Source: an uncultured Planctomycetaceae bacterium
Lineage (GTDB): Bacteria > Planctomycetota > Planctomycetia > Isosphaerales > Isosphaeraceae
Reading direction: 5' to 3'
Length of the DNA: 64,000 nt
Assembly (NCBI GenBank): GCA_963833985.1
Contig: CAWIAD010000001.1
Span: forward strand, 3,328,001-3,392,000
In this document: piece by piece, positions 44,276 to 55,933 of the stretch
Layout: each line of letters opens with the position of its first letter
Numbering within the stretch: the first letter of the stretch is position 1
Position numbers and translations under genes: made by a program
Notes under the pieces: generated by a model
What the model saw: the letters and a program-made list of their open reading frames with translations, nothing else
The model's database searches: none
What the model was told of the DNA's origin: nothing

Positions 44276-44311
44276 GGGTTGGCGGCAGAAAGGGCATCCG
44301 GCTGTAAAACC
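44276..44311 (+). repeat. Possible metazoan SINE conserved-box fragment
   Basis: gggttggcggcagaaagggcatccggctgtaaaacc resembles the GGTTG...GAAGGGCATCCG..GTAAAAC box I recall from animal SINEs. Confidence 0.45.
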
Positions 44312-44538
44312 TTGCACACACCTCAGTGAGTCCTTCTCCCTACCTCTGCTCTTCAGTTGTCCCTCCGCAACTGGACATTGTCTGGATGGGGGGTTGGCTT
44401 GGAGCAGAGATGGATGGAGGGCTCAAAGAGGGAAACGTCCAATCCGTGCGTAGCACGGACAAACTCAAACAATGCTCAAGATCTGAGGTTTGAAAAATCG
44501 ACGAAAAATGCGGAGAGAATCATACAAATTGAATTTAC

Positions 44539-44921
44539 CTGTCGGGTTTAAGTCGTGGGATGATGGGTTGAAGCTGTCGGGTCAAGACAAACACGCAATC
44601 AAGCTTGTGACAGGCTGCAAGCTTCATGACATCCGATGGTGAGATCTTGTGCATGTTCACTTCCCTGCGGTTGGTGAGAAAGAGAATGGCTGCCAAAGCA
44701 TCGTACGTGACGTCGTACACCTCAATGCGTGACCGCATTCCGCGACTCTCTTTGTTTCTCACAAGCAAGAAGAGCTGATTGCCGAGAATCGCTGCCGAGC
44801 TCATATGAACCATTTCACTCTCACGCACCCACTGATCAACACGCGGATGGTCATCGTCCAATAGCGGCAGTCCGATCACGTTCGATTGGCTGGGCTGCGG
44901 GTCTGTACCTAGCGGCGGGAT
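44539..44921 (-). CDS. Internal exon of an animal gene, NHL/beta-propeller-like
   Basis: Minus strand: acceptor ttgttttcgcgcag| before 44921, donor cag|gtaaat at 44538; encodes ILGNQLFLLVR...IEVYDV...LAACHKLDCVFV. Confidence 0.5.
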
Positions 44922-44979
44922 CTGCGCGAAAACAATAGCAAACTTTATTATAATTGTAATTATAATAAACTTTATATAT

Positions 44980-45015
44980 CCCCAAAACCCCAAAACCCCA
45001 AAACCCCAAAACCCC
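44980..45015 (+). repeat. Ciliate macronuclear telomere (C4A4)4C4
   Basis: Exactly ccccaaaa x4 + cccc (36 nt) at the start of the AT-rich segment. Confidence 0.95.
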
Positions 45016-45027
45016 AATCGATTGAAT

Positions 45028-48000
45028 TCATTAAGAACTTAATTCCTCTATAATCTTCATCATAATTTTCATGACATGTTCACCTTCTGATCATACTTAT
45101 TCAGGATCTTCATTCATCTTCTCTACTTTTTATTTTAGAACTTCAATATCATCCCTAACAGGAGCTTTCTTATCTGGATTAACAAAAGATTCTAACTCCC
45201 CATAGCTTAGTCCTAGTATATCTTATCCTTACTTGTAGATATCTTCATTGTCTCAGCATGGAATCTCATCAAGATGAACTCATTGCTAATGAGAACCTAT
45301 AGATCAAATCAAGTCAAAGGCTACTGCTCTGATTATGAACATTCCTGATTTAGCTGTGTCTCATATTTGATCTAGCTTTTAGTTCATCTAATTCAATTTC
45401 TTCATATCTTTACCTAAATCCTACTTTAAGGATTTCTGCATCGAATCAATATCTGATACTAAAGATTCATTTTCTTGTTATAACTATCCTACTTTCATCT
45501 TTAAGCTCGATATCTATTATTCCTTTCTATCTATTTCAGACTTATATTTCTTCTTAATTTCCTTTACTTATGATTCTAATAAATCTTCACTATTGGATTA
45601 TTTAGGTAGAGGCTGTTACTAAGCCTTCTATTTAAGATCTTTTGTAATTGTTTCTTTTCACTGGACATCTAATTTAAGTGATTTTATTTATTCTCTTTAT
45701 TTCTCTAAGTCCTCAGATAATACTTATTCTCATTACTTAAGTTCATCTAATTGTTGTTTCAATTCTTTTATTCATGCATCTTTCCTACTTAATTCTTTCT
45801 ACATTTTACATATTTTCTCTAGATCTTCCTTTCATTCCTCGAGTTCTTCACATACTTTCTCTGCTTCCTACATTGACTATGTCTTCTCTTCTTTAATTTT
45901 CTACACTAGATCTTTCTTTCACTATAACTCTTCTTTCATCTACTTAACCTAGCTTTATAGCTCTCTTTCAACTTCTTTACTTTTCTAATACTATTCTGGA
46001 CATATCCAACTCTACTTCATTTTCTACACCTCTTATCTTAGTTCTTCTCTCTCTTACTTCATCTACTTATTCATCTCCTTGACCTCCTTCTTCTTCTCAT
46101 CTAATTATTGCCTCATAGTCAATTCATTCTACTCTTTCTCCTCTACTTGTTTATTCAGCTATTCGTTCTCATCTCATAACCTATGCATCATAGTCTTCAA
46201 CTCACTACTCTCATTCATATGCTTTATCGCCTTAGACTCTGAGAATGCCAATTACTTCATAGTTTACAGATCACCTATGCACAGATCTTCATTCTTTTGC
46301 GATTTCTTTGATTCTTTTAGTTGTTATTGTAAAGATTTTACCACAGCCTCTCTTTGGGATAGTTCAAACAGAAGGTTAGGAAGTTGGTTATCTTAGCCTT
46401 GCTTAAGCTTAGAAAATTCAGAAGAGATACGAGTTCACATGAATTCTATCTATGATTCATACATATTGACAACTTACTAGTTCTAAGCCTGGATTGATTA
46501 AATTTCTTTCTTGAAATCCTATGCTAGAGTGTCTAGCTCTAGTTACTTGTCTGATAACTATGCTTAGAGTTATTAACATCTAAGTTCTAAATCTCTTACC
46601 TTATGTACTTCAAATTACTCTATCTTCGAGAATGATAACTATGTTTACTCTATTTAGGAGTTTAGTCTAAATGTTCCTTCCTTTAGCTCTTCATTTTCAC
46701 ATTATAACAACTAAACTTATCCTTATCTGTCTTATAATTGCTATTAAGCTATCTTTAACTGCTTCTTTATATTCTTCTTCTCTGTCTCAAGTTACTATAC
46801 CTTCTTGATGATTTCCTCTATTTCTTAAGTCTAAGATGATTAAAGGGCTTAATATCATTAGTTTAGATCCTCTAGCATTTAAAGAGTATTTGATTAATCT
46901 TCTTTTAACAGAATAAGTTACTACTCTTTGTATTTCAATTCTACTAATGCTTTCTATAAATCTTATCTCACAGAATAACTGTCTTCATTTTATACTTCTG
47001 TTCTATTCAAAGATTAATTCTCCTTGAATTTCTACATTCAGAGTATTTCTTCAGTAAGCTCATTAATTTTATCTCTCTACTACTTCACTATATTCTCTTC
47101 TTTAATCTTCTTCCCTCATGCAGAATCTATAAATCCTTCAGTATCCGAATGAGAATGTCGAGGTCCACTTGTCTATCTATACTTCGACTTCTTCTTAATA
47201 GAAGTAGCCAACTTTGATTTCTCTTCTATCCAAGACTCTTCAGAGGATTTCACTTAGGAAAGTTTCTATTGTAATAATTTATTTTCTGATTCTAGAAGTT
47301 TTAATAAGGATGATGATTGTCAAGAACTTTGTAATGAATCTTCTAAAAGTCATGATTAGGCAAGATCATTTGATAATAGTTTGTTTTATGTTTGAAGAGA
47401 TGTTATTTGCTGTTTAAGATCTTTGATAGGAGATGAATTGTCTTCAATATTCGATTATGGGGCTTAGTTAGTAGCTTATATCAAATTCTTTAGATCAGAT
47501 ATTTCTCTTTCTTTTGAAGAATTGCTCTCTTTAATCTTCTTTAATTCAGATTTCAACTATAGATTTTCAGAATCAAATTTCTCATTTTATTTCATCATAA
47601 GCTCAGCATTCTATCCTATGGCTTTCACTTTATCATTTAAAGATTTCTCATTCTATCACATTATATACATCCGTTCCTCTAATTCTTTCCCTACTTCCTC
47701 TGCTACTTTCAATTTATCTTTATACATTTCTATCTCAGATCTTCCAGAATGAGGAATCTACTCAATATCTGATTTGATCAGAATACAAGTTGAATGAATT
47801 GATGATACCTCTCAAAACACTTCTTGTAGATTCTTAGCTAGTCCCTTAATAGAAGCATTAAATTAGATTGTTCCAGTGATTTGCTAAGAAAGTTTATCTA
47901 CCTAACTTTATAACTCAATAAATTGTTTCTCTACAATAGAGGATTGAGTTTCTAAAAGTTCAAGATACCATATATTTCATTCTTATTCACCAGTAGGAAC

Positions 48001-49839
48001 ATAGTTGACAAGATGATCTATCTAATGACCTGAATTTCATTGAAGAATAGATGAAATTGTTTGTGATAGTTATCTAATCACAAGTCTTTATGTTCATTCA
48101 ACTGATGATTAAGATTGCAAAGGAGCATGCTCTTACTAAATTGAATCAAATGCTGAATATGTAAGAGAATCTCTTCTATCATTTCTATGTGTAAGCACAG
48201 AAGCTGTCAGAGTATCATTAAGAGCAGTATTCTTTACAGTGGATTACATTTCCTTTTCACATACATAACTAGCCAAGTATAAAATTGTATCAATGAATGG
48301 ATCTATCTCTTCACTTGATTAATAATTAAGTGCTGTTTAACCATAAGATTCTAAAGCCTCTGCTTCTCTTATTCTAATCTCTTCGATCTATTTAGATTCT
48401 GAAGGTTGAAGAATTGAACTTTTGTATACAGATCCGGGCTATAGTTCATCAATATCAAATGCTTTATCTCTCTATTTTCTATTTGATGAGTATTGATTAT
48501 CATCATAGCATGCTTCAATCTCTCACAATCATTCATTTTGTTTCTGTATAGTTCATAAGTATTCTTTCTCTTTTCTTCCACATCTTCTAACTTCACATAT
48601 TGCCTTTCCTTCTAATCTTTTAGACTATATTATCATTTCTGTCAATATTGAAGGAGCAACAACAAATTCTCATGGTTTCAATAACCCTGCATTTATTTGG
48701 TTAACTATCTACATTGATGAATTCTCAAAACTTTATTCTTTGCCTTTCTTCTTTATACTACTAACTTCCTATTTCTATTAAGGTTTATTCAAAATAGATT
48801 CTAAATCTTATATTTCCTTTTCTTTAGTAAACACAAGATCAGATAATGATGCAGCTCTTTCTTCACTCTCCTCAAGTTGTCACATATAATATTCTAATTT
48901 AGATATTAGATTATCGTTCTACTTCTCTAACTCTTGGTTTTCGGTTAAGAATTGTTATTTAGATTGTAGAAGCTCACCTGGTGATTATCCAGGCTCATAT
49001 TTATCAAGAACTTATTTTAATCAATGCTCACATTCTAGTCTCATTATTGAAAGTTGCTTCTCATATTCTTCTCTTAAATTGTCAATAGAATGTTGATCAA
49101 CTGATTATGAAACTTACTTTTGACTTTATTCAAGGATTTATATTTCTTTTCGTAATTCATCAATTTGAATGTCTCTAAGTGTTAATTCCCTTCTTAGTTA
49201 TAATATTTATTCTTCATCAACTAAAATAATAGGATTCATCTACTTCACTTCTATGGGTTTCTATTTTCTAAAATCTTCAATCAACATTTCTTTATCTAGA
49301 AGTTCTTAGGATAGAGTCCTGTTTAGTTCTCATATTTCAATTATCTCATTAAGAATGCACTGCTCGGATGTCTTTATTGCAATGAGTTCTTTAGATAAAG
49401 ATTCATTAATGTTCTAAGAAGTTCCTAAGACGACTGTTCATAGATGATTATCAAAATAAGATTATAGTTAATCTCTCATAATATTTGTAAAGTCTTCTTT
49501 AGATGATTTAGTTTACTTTGATTACTTCAATTTATCTATCTAGAGTTTTAACTATAATCTTGTTTGTTATTCACTATAAAGTTTTGAATTTGTTTCATTT
49601 TAAAGCTTTTATACATCTTTAATTAAGGATGCACATTCTTTAAGTTTGGATTACTAGTGATGAATTGATTATTCTAATTATATAAATATTTTATTTTCCA
49701 ACTACTATAGATTTAATTCTTCTAAATTTGTGCTATTTAATCAATCAACAAATTTATTGGTCTAGAATCAACTTTATTTTAAAATATTCTTTGTATTCTA
49801 ACTCAACTAAGATCTTTTACTCTATGATTGATTTGAATC
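45028..49839 (-). CDS. Large coiled-coil ciliate protein (possibly centrosomal), 5' truncated, non-standard genetic code
   Basis: One minus frame (codons starting at positions divisible by 3) gives E/K/L/Q-rich heptad sequence over ~1600 codons with no intron or frameshift, if TAA/TAG = Gln and TGA is read as sense; ends ...IIEELSS-TAA-TGA 12 nt before the telomere. Confidence 0.88.
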
Positions 49840-49840
49840 T

Positions 49841-50434
49841 CACCGTCGGAGGTTTGGTGAACATGCCGCCGATGATGTCGCCTGCGGCGGAGAACATCTG
49901 ATAGGTGCCCAAGGCCCCGGTGCTGGCTTCCGCCTTCTGCCAGCCGAAAACTTCATGGTAGAAGGCGAACGCTTTCTCCCCCAATCGCCCGCAAACAATT
50001 CATGCCAACAAACGCCCCCCGGCCCGTCCAGCGCGGCAGGTTGCTTCGGGCCGGGGTTGTGCCACTTGAGCAATGCAAGCGCTGCCATTTGCGGGTCGGC
50101 GACGACCGATAAGCGGCTGATGTTCGGGATATCCATCGGCGGAACATGCACCAGGATCCACCAAATCTAACGATCCGGCCGGCGACGGCATCGACGTCGT
50201 CGACACCGACATACCCGATCCAGATTGGCTTCGCGCCCGCTCTCTGCGCATCCTGCGGCAGGCTCGTCAGCCCGCCGACCGCGACGTCGCCGACGGTAAA
50301 CAGTGTATAGGCCGCGCCCGGCGTCGACGCGTCCTGCATAACCAGCCGACCACCCTGGTGTAGAAGGCCTTGGCGGCCTCCATGTCCATCGTCGTCAGTT
50401 CGTACCAGACAAAACGGCCACGATAATCGACCAT
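49841..50434 (-). CDS. VOC/glyoxalase family protein, 3' truncated at the junction; frameshifts
   Basis: MVDYRGRFVWYELTT..AKAFY, WIGYVGVDDVDA, CWHEL. Confidence 0.8.
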
Positions 50435-50586
50435 GGACTACTTATCCGCTCAAGGGTGAAGGATTTCGATCTAAACGACCAATAGCAAAAACTATGTTTT
50501 TTGATCGCCGCTCACGCGAGCAAGCCAAAAAGATTAGAGGTGGCGTCATGGTGGTTGTAGCTGTGCGTTCGGAATTGCATATCGTC

Positions 50587-51774
50587 TCAGTAGGATTTCG
50601 GAAGACCGAGCACTTTTTCGGCGACCAACGAGAGAATGAGTTGCTCGGTGATCGGCGCGATGCGGGTAAGCGTCACTTCGCGCAGCAGGCGCTCGACATG
50701 ATATTCTTTGGCATATCCGAACCCGCCATGCGTTAGCACGGCGGTCAGGCAGGCGTCATGCCCGGCGCGCGCGCCCAGGAATTTTGCCGCGTTGGCCTCT
50801 GCGCCGCACGGCTCGCGACGGTCATAGAGATCAGCGGCGCGTGCCGCCATCGGATGAGCTGAATTCCAGATACATCCGAGCATTCGGCGAGCGGATGTTA
50901 AATCCCCTGGTTCTTGCCGATCGGCCGGTCGAAGACGACGCGTTCGCGCGCGTATTTGGCTGCCCGGCGCAACGCATCCTGACCGATACCGATCGCCTCC
51001 ATCGCGATCAGCACACGCTCGGGATTGAGGCTATCGAGAATGTAGCTGAAACCCCTGCCTTCCTCGCCGATCCGATGCGCTTCAGGAACAAAAAGCGAGT
51101 CGATGAATAGGGCGTTGAAGTCGACGGCCTTGCGTCCCCATTTTCGGGATCCTGCGGACCTCGATCTTGGAGCGATCGAGGTCGGTGTAAAAGATCGTGA
51201 TGCCGTCGGTCGGGCGCCTGGCGTCCTCATAACGCGTGGTGCGCGTCAGCAGCATGATCTTGTTGGCGACCTGGGCCGTCGACGTCCACACCTTCTGGCC
51301 GCGCACGACGTAACCGCCCGCCACCTTCTCGGCGAAAGTCTTGATGCGGGCGGTGTCGAGGCCCGCGTCGGGTTCGGTGAAACCGAAACAGCATTGGTCG
51401 GTGCCCGCCACCAGCGCCGGAATCCACTCCGTTTTCTGGGCGGGCGTGCCGTGAACGACGATCGGATGCGGCCCGAACAGATTGACGTGCACCGACGAGG
51501 CCGCCGCCATGCCGCCGCCGTGGCTGGAAACCTCATGCATCATGACGGCTGCCTCGGTGACGCCGAGACCCGAGCCGCCATATTCCTCGGGCATGGTGAT
51601 GCCGAGCCAGCCATTATCGGCCATGGCGCGATGAAATTCCTTGGGAAATTCCCCGTCTTCGTCGCGCGCCAGCCAGTACTCGTCGTCGAAACCGGTAACG
51701 ACAGTGCGGACGCCTTGTCTGATGGCGTCGAGATGCGTCTGGCGATTGTGATCGACGGGATTGTACGAATTCAT
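50587..51774 (-). CDS. Acyl-CoA dehydrogenase; frameshifts near 51135 and 50890
   Basis: MPEEYGG.GLG, FGFTEPDAG, GQKVWTS, LNPER, FDRPIGKNQ, HGGFGYAKEYHVER. Confidence 0.9.
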
Positions 51775-51933
51775 TTTCGTTAACTCGCGGACATTAAATC
51801 GATACTGGTGCGCCCGAGCAATGTCTCATGCAAACCGGGCTGCATGGACGCCTTGCGCCGGCACGTGTAGTCATGCGCGATAGCGGATGGTATTGCCCCC
51901 GATAATTCACCGGACATCAAGAGCGCTCACTGA

Positions 51934-52986
51934 ATGCAGTCCCCGACACCCAGCCCCCCCGCGCAGATCAAATTCGCATTTCCGACGCCTCCCGAGGCCG
52001 GCCGCACGATCGAGGTCGCTCCGGGCGTCCTTTGGGCGCGGCTGGCGCTGCCGTTCCTCCTGGACCACGTCAATATCTATTTCGTCGATGACGGCGACGG
52101 CTGGGCCCTGATCGACACCGGCCTCGGCGACAAGGCGACGAAGGTCGCCTGGCAGCCGCTGCTCGAGGGTGTGCTGAAAGACCGACCGCTGACGCGGATC
52201 ATAGCCACGCATTTTCATCCCGATCATGTCGGCGCGGCGGGCTTTCTCCTCGAACGTTTCGATGTTCCGCTCTACATGTCCGCCACGGAATATCTGCAGA
52301 GCCTCAATCTGCATCTCGATCCCGGTGCGCTCGAAGCCGAACACTATCGGCGCTTCTACCTTGATCACGGGCTTGACGCCGTAACGACCCAGGCCGTGGT
52401 CACCAGCGGGCACGCTTATCTCAAACTGATGTCGGGGTTATCGCCCACCTACTATCGCGTCGTCGCCGGCGACGTGCTGCGCATCGGTGGACGTGACTTC
52501 GAGGTGTTGACCGGCGGGGGGCATTCGCCCGAGCAGATCATGCTGGTGTGCCGCGCCGACAAGCTGTTCTTTTCCGCCGACCAGGTGCTGGCCAAGATTT
52601 CCCCGAATATCAGCGTGTCTGCGATCGATCCGGAAGGTGATCCTCTTGGACAATATCTGCGGTCGCTGGATGCGATCGGCGGCGGCATCAATGGCGACCT
52701 CCTTGTGCTTCCCGGGCACAACCTGCCGTTCTATGGACTGCATACCCGCATCGATGCGCTGGTTGCCCACCATCACGCGCGCTGCGATCAGATCCTGCGC
52801 GCTTGCCGGACGGAGCCCCGATCGGCGGCCGAACTGGTCCCCTTCGTTTTCACACGCAAGCTTGATCCGCACCAGATGGGCTTTGCGTTTGGCGAGGTGC
52901 TCGCGCACGTGAACTTTATGCTGCGCCGGGGCGCGCTGAAGCCGATCGGCACTGCTGACGGCATTCGCCGCACGGTCGTTGCCTGA
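51934..52986 (+). CDS. MBL-fold metallo-hydrolase
   Basis: THFHPDHVG, GHS, LPGH. Confidence 0.9.
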   Translation: MQSPTPSPPAQIKFAFPTPPEAGRTIEVAPGVLWARLALPFLLDHVNIYFVDDGDGWALIDTGLGDKATKVAWQPLLEGVLKDRPLTRIIATHFHPDHVGAAGFLLERFDVPLYMSATEYLQSLNLHLDPGALEAEHYRRFYLDHGLDAVTTQAVVTSGHAYLKLMSGLSPTYYRVVAGDVLRIGGRDFEVLTGGGHSPEQIMLVCRADKLFFSADQVLAKISPNISVSAIDPEGDPLGQYLRSLDAIGGGINGDLLVLPGHNLPFYGLHTRIDALVAHHHARCDQILRACRTEPRSAAELVPFVFTRKLDPHQMGFAFGEVLAHVNFMLRRGALKPIGTADGIRRTVVA

Positions 52987-53125
52987 TAGCCGCTGCCGCA
53001 GAGCGCCGGCCATTCGGCTCGGTATCGACGGCTGGCCCGGTGAGCGGCTAGGCTCCGGCAAATAGAAGCCGCTCCTCCTAAAGGTGGCCTGCGCTAGCCG
53101 GCGTGGACCGCATCAGGGGACAAAA

Positions 53126-54785
53126 ATGGCCGATGATGCCGACGCAATTATCGTTGGAGCCGGGCTGGCGGGTCTGGTCGCGGCGGCGGAGCTAGTCGAC
53201 GCGCGAAGGAAGATCATCGTCATCGATCAGGAGCCCGAACAGTCGCTTGGCGGTCAGGCATTTTGGTCGCTGGGCGGCCTGTTCCTCGTCGACTCGCCGA
53301 ACAGCGGCGCATGGGCATCCGCGACTCGCATGCGTTGGCGCTCGAAGACTGGATGGGGACGGCCGCCTTCGATCGCGACGAGGATTTCTGGCCGCGCCAA
53401 TGGGCCGAAGCCTATGTCGCCTTTGCCGCCGGTGAGAAGCGCGCGTGGCTGCGCGAACGCGGTCTGCGTTTCTTTCCGGTTGTCGGCTGGGCCGAACGCG
53501 GCGGCGGCAGCGCGGTCGGCCACGGCAATTCGGTACCGCGCTTCCATCTGACCTGGGGCACCGGGCCCGCCGTTATCGCGCCGTTCGTCGACCGCGTCGC
53601 GTCAAGGCGCGAAGGACGGGTTGGTCACTTTCAAGTTCCGCCATCGCGCCAACGAACTGGTGAAATCGGGCAGCGGGGTCGATGGGGTACGCGGCGATAT
53701 TCTTGCTCCGAGCGACGTCGAACGGGGCCGGAAAAGCTCGCGCGAGATCGTCGGCGCGTTCGAACTGAAAGCCCAGGCCGTCATCGTCACTTCCGGCGGC
53801 ATTGGCGGCAATCACGACCTGGTGCGGCGAAACTGGCCGCAGCGCCTTGGCCCCGCGCCGAAGCGGATGATCACCGGCGTGCCCGACTATGTCGACGGCC
53901 GCATGCTGGCGATCAGCGAGGCCGCTGGCGGCACCGTCATCAACCGCGACCGGATGTGGCACTACGTCGAAGGGATCAAGAACTGGAGTCCGATCTGGAG
54001 CGACCATGCCATTCGCATCATTCCCGGACCGTCCTCGCTCTGGCTCGACGCGTGCGGCAGGCGTCTGCCGGTGCCGCTCTATCCCGGCTTCGATACGCTC
54101 GCGACGCTCAAACATATCGGCGAGACCGGCTACGACTATTCCTGGTTCATCCTGACGCGAAAGATCATCGAGAAGGAATTCGCGCTGTCGGGGTCCGAGC
54201 AGAACCCCGATTTCACCAGCAAGAGTTGGCGCCGAGTCATCGCCCGCGCTCGGGCGGGTATTCCTGGGCCGGTCAAGGCGTTCATGGACAAGGGCGAGGA
54301 TTTTATCGTCGAGCATGATCTCGGCGCGGCTGGTCGAGCGCATGAATGCGCTTGTTGGCGGCGCGCCGCTGCTCGATGCCGCGACAGTGGAGCGTGAAAT
54401 CGTTGCGCGCGATCGCCAGCTCGATAACGCGTATGGCAAGGATATGCAGATCGCCGCCATCCGCGCGGCACGGCGCTATCTCGGCGACAAACTCACCAGG
54501 ACGGTTAGTCCGCACAAGCTCCTCGATCCCGCCGCCGGGCCGCTGATCGCGGTTCGGCTGCATATCCTGACGCGGAAGACGCTCGGCGGCCTGCAAACCG
54601 ATCTCGACAGCCGGGTCATCGGTGCCGGCGGACAACCCGTGGCGGGATTGTATGCGGCGGGCGAGGTGGCGGGTTTCGGCGGTGGTGGTATGCACGGTTA
54701 CGCCGCGCTTGAGGGCACATTCCTCGGCGGCTGCATTTTCTCCGGCCGCGTCGCCGGCCGGGCCGCGGCGCGAAGCGTCGGATAG
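53126..54785 (+). CDS. FAD-binding dehydrogenase (3-ketosteroid dehydrogenase-like family); about three frameshifts
   Basis: [59 protein letters not shown]. Confidence 0.85.
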
Positions 54786-55039
54786 TCCCGGTCGCCGCAA
54801 GTCGTACCGACGAAGGGCGCAAGGAAGCGTCATCCGCAAAGTATAGGAACGGGGCGAGGTCCGATTCGAACGCCGATCCGGTGGCGCTGGCCCAAAGTGC
54901 GGTCACGTCGTTACGTATGATTGCAGTGCGTGCGCGGATGGGCGCGGTGCGGGCGCATTCGCCCGAGCGGCAAATCGATTTATTTGTGGGACGAAAAAGT
55001 CGTGACCTCACGGCTGGTTTCGATTACCACCTCCCGGCC

Positions 55040-55933
55040 ATGACAGATACAAAACGCATCGACGGGAAGGCGCGCGCGGATCGTTTGGTTGCCGATGTCG
55101 CTGCTGCCACCGCGAAACTCAAAGCCGAATTGGGCATCGCCCCTGGGCTCTGCGCCGTGCTTGTCGGTGAGGATCCGGCGAGCCAGGTCTACGTTCGCAA
55201 CAAGGGCAAGGCGGCGACTGCCGCCGGCATCCAAAGCTTTCAGGAGGCCTTGCCGGCCACAATCGGCGAAGCCGAGCTGCTGGCGCTGATCGCCAGGCTC
55301 AATGCCGATGACAAAGTGGACGGGATTCTGGTGCAGCTACCGCTGCCGAAGCACATCGACCCGCAACGCGTGATCGACGCCATCGATCCCGGCAAGGACG
55401 TGGACGGATTCCATGCGCAGAATGTCGGTCAATTGTGGAGCGGCGGATAAGCCGGGCGCTGGTGCCGTGCACGCCGTATGGCTGCCTGCTGCTGTTGCGT
55501 GACGCACTGCCCAATCTCACCGGGCGCCGAGGCGGTCGTGCTCGGACGCTCCAACATCGTCGGCAAGCCGATGGCGGCTTTGCTGCTGGCCGAGAATTGT
55601 ACGGTGACGCTGGCGCATTCCAGGACTCGCGATATTCCCGCCGTGCTGCGCCGTGCCGACATTCTGATCGCCGCCGTTGGGCAGCCGGAACTCGTGCGAG
55701 GATCACTGGATCAAGGAAGGCGCCGTCGTCATCGATGTCGGCATCAACCGGGTGGCGGCTCGGAAGGAAGATCCAGGCTGGTTGGCGATGTCGCCTTTGC
55801 CGAGGCGCAAGGTAGAGCCGGCGCCATTACGCCGGTCCCCGGCGGCGTCGGCCCGATGACCATCGCCTGTCTTCTCCGCAACACCCTGATCGCCGCTTGC
55901 CGGCGCCGCGGACACCCGGAACCGCACATTTAA
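55040..55933 (+). CDS. folD: Bifunctional methylenetetrahydrofolate dehydrogenase/cyclohydrolase; several frameshifts
   Basis: [59 protein letters not shown]. Confidence 0.93.

Noticed and set aside
44944..44969. 12-bp AT-rich inverted repeat beside the telomere as a telomere-addition or excision signal
   Set aside because: It lies outside the telomere and fits the intron of the adjacent animal fragment; such palindromes arise easily in AT-only sequence
44535..45017. ORF starting MGFWGFGVLGFWG
   Set aside because: Its N-terminus is translated telomere repeat crossing a contig junction; only 44539-44921 looks like a real exon
45028..49839. Internal TGA codons as nonsense mutations in a pseudogene, or as selenocysteine
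   Set aside because: No frameshift in 4.8 kb despite about 32 TGAs, contexts are consistently Arg-like, and there is no room for a 3' SECIS before the telomere
44980..49840. AT-rich island as a prophage, horizontally acquired island or non-coding DNA in the bacterium
   Set aside because: It starts with a ciliate telomere and is one continuous coding frame under a ciliate-type code; the short ORF-track calls here are artefacts
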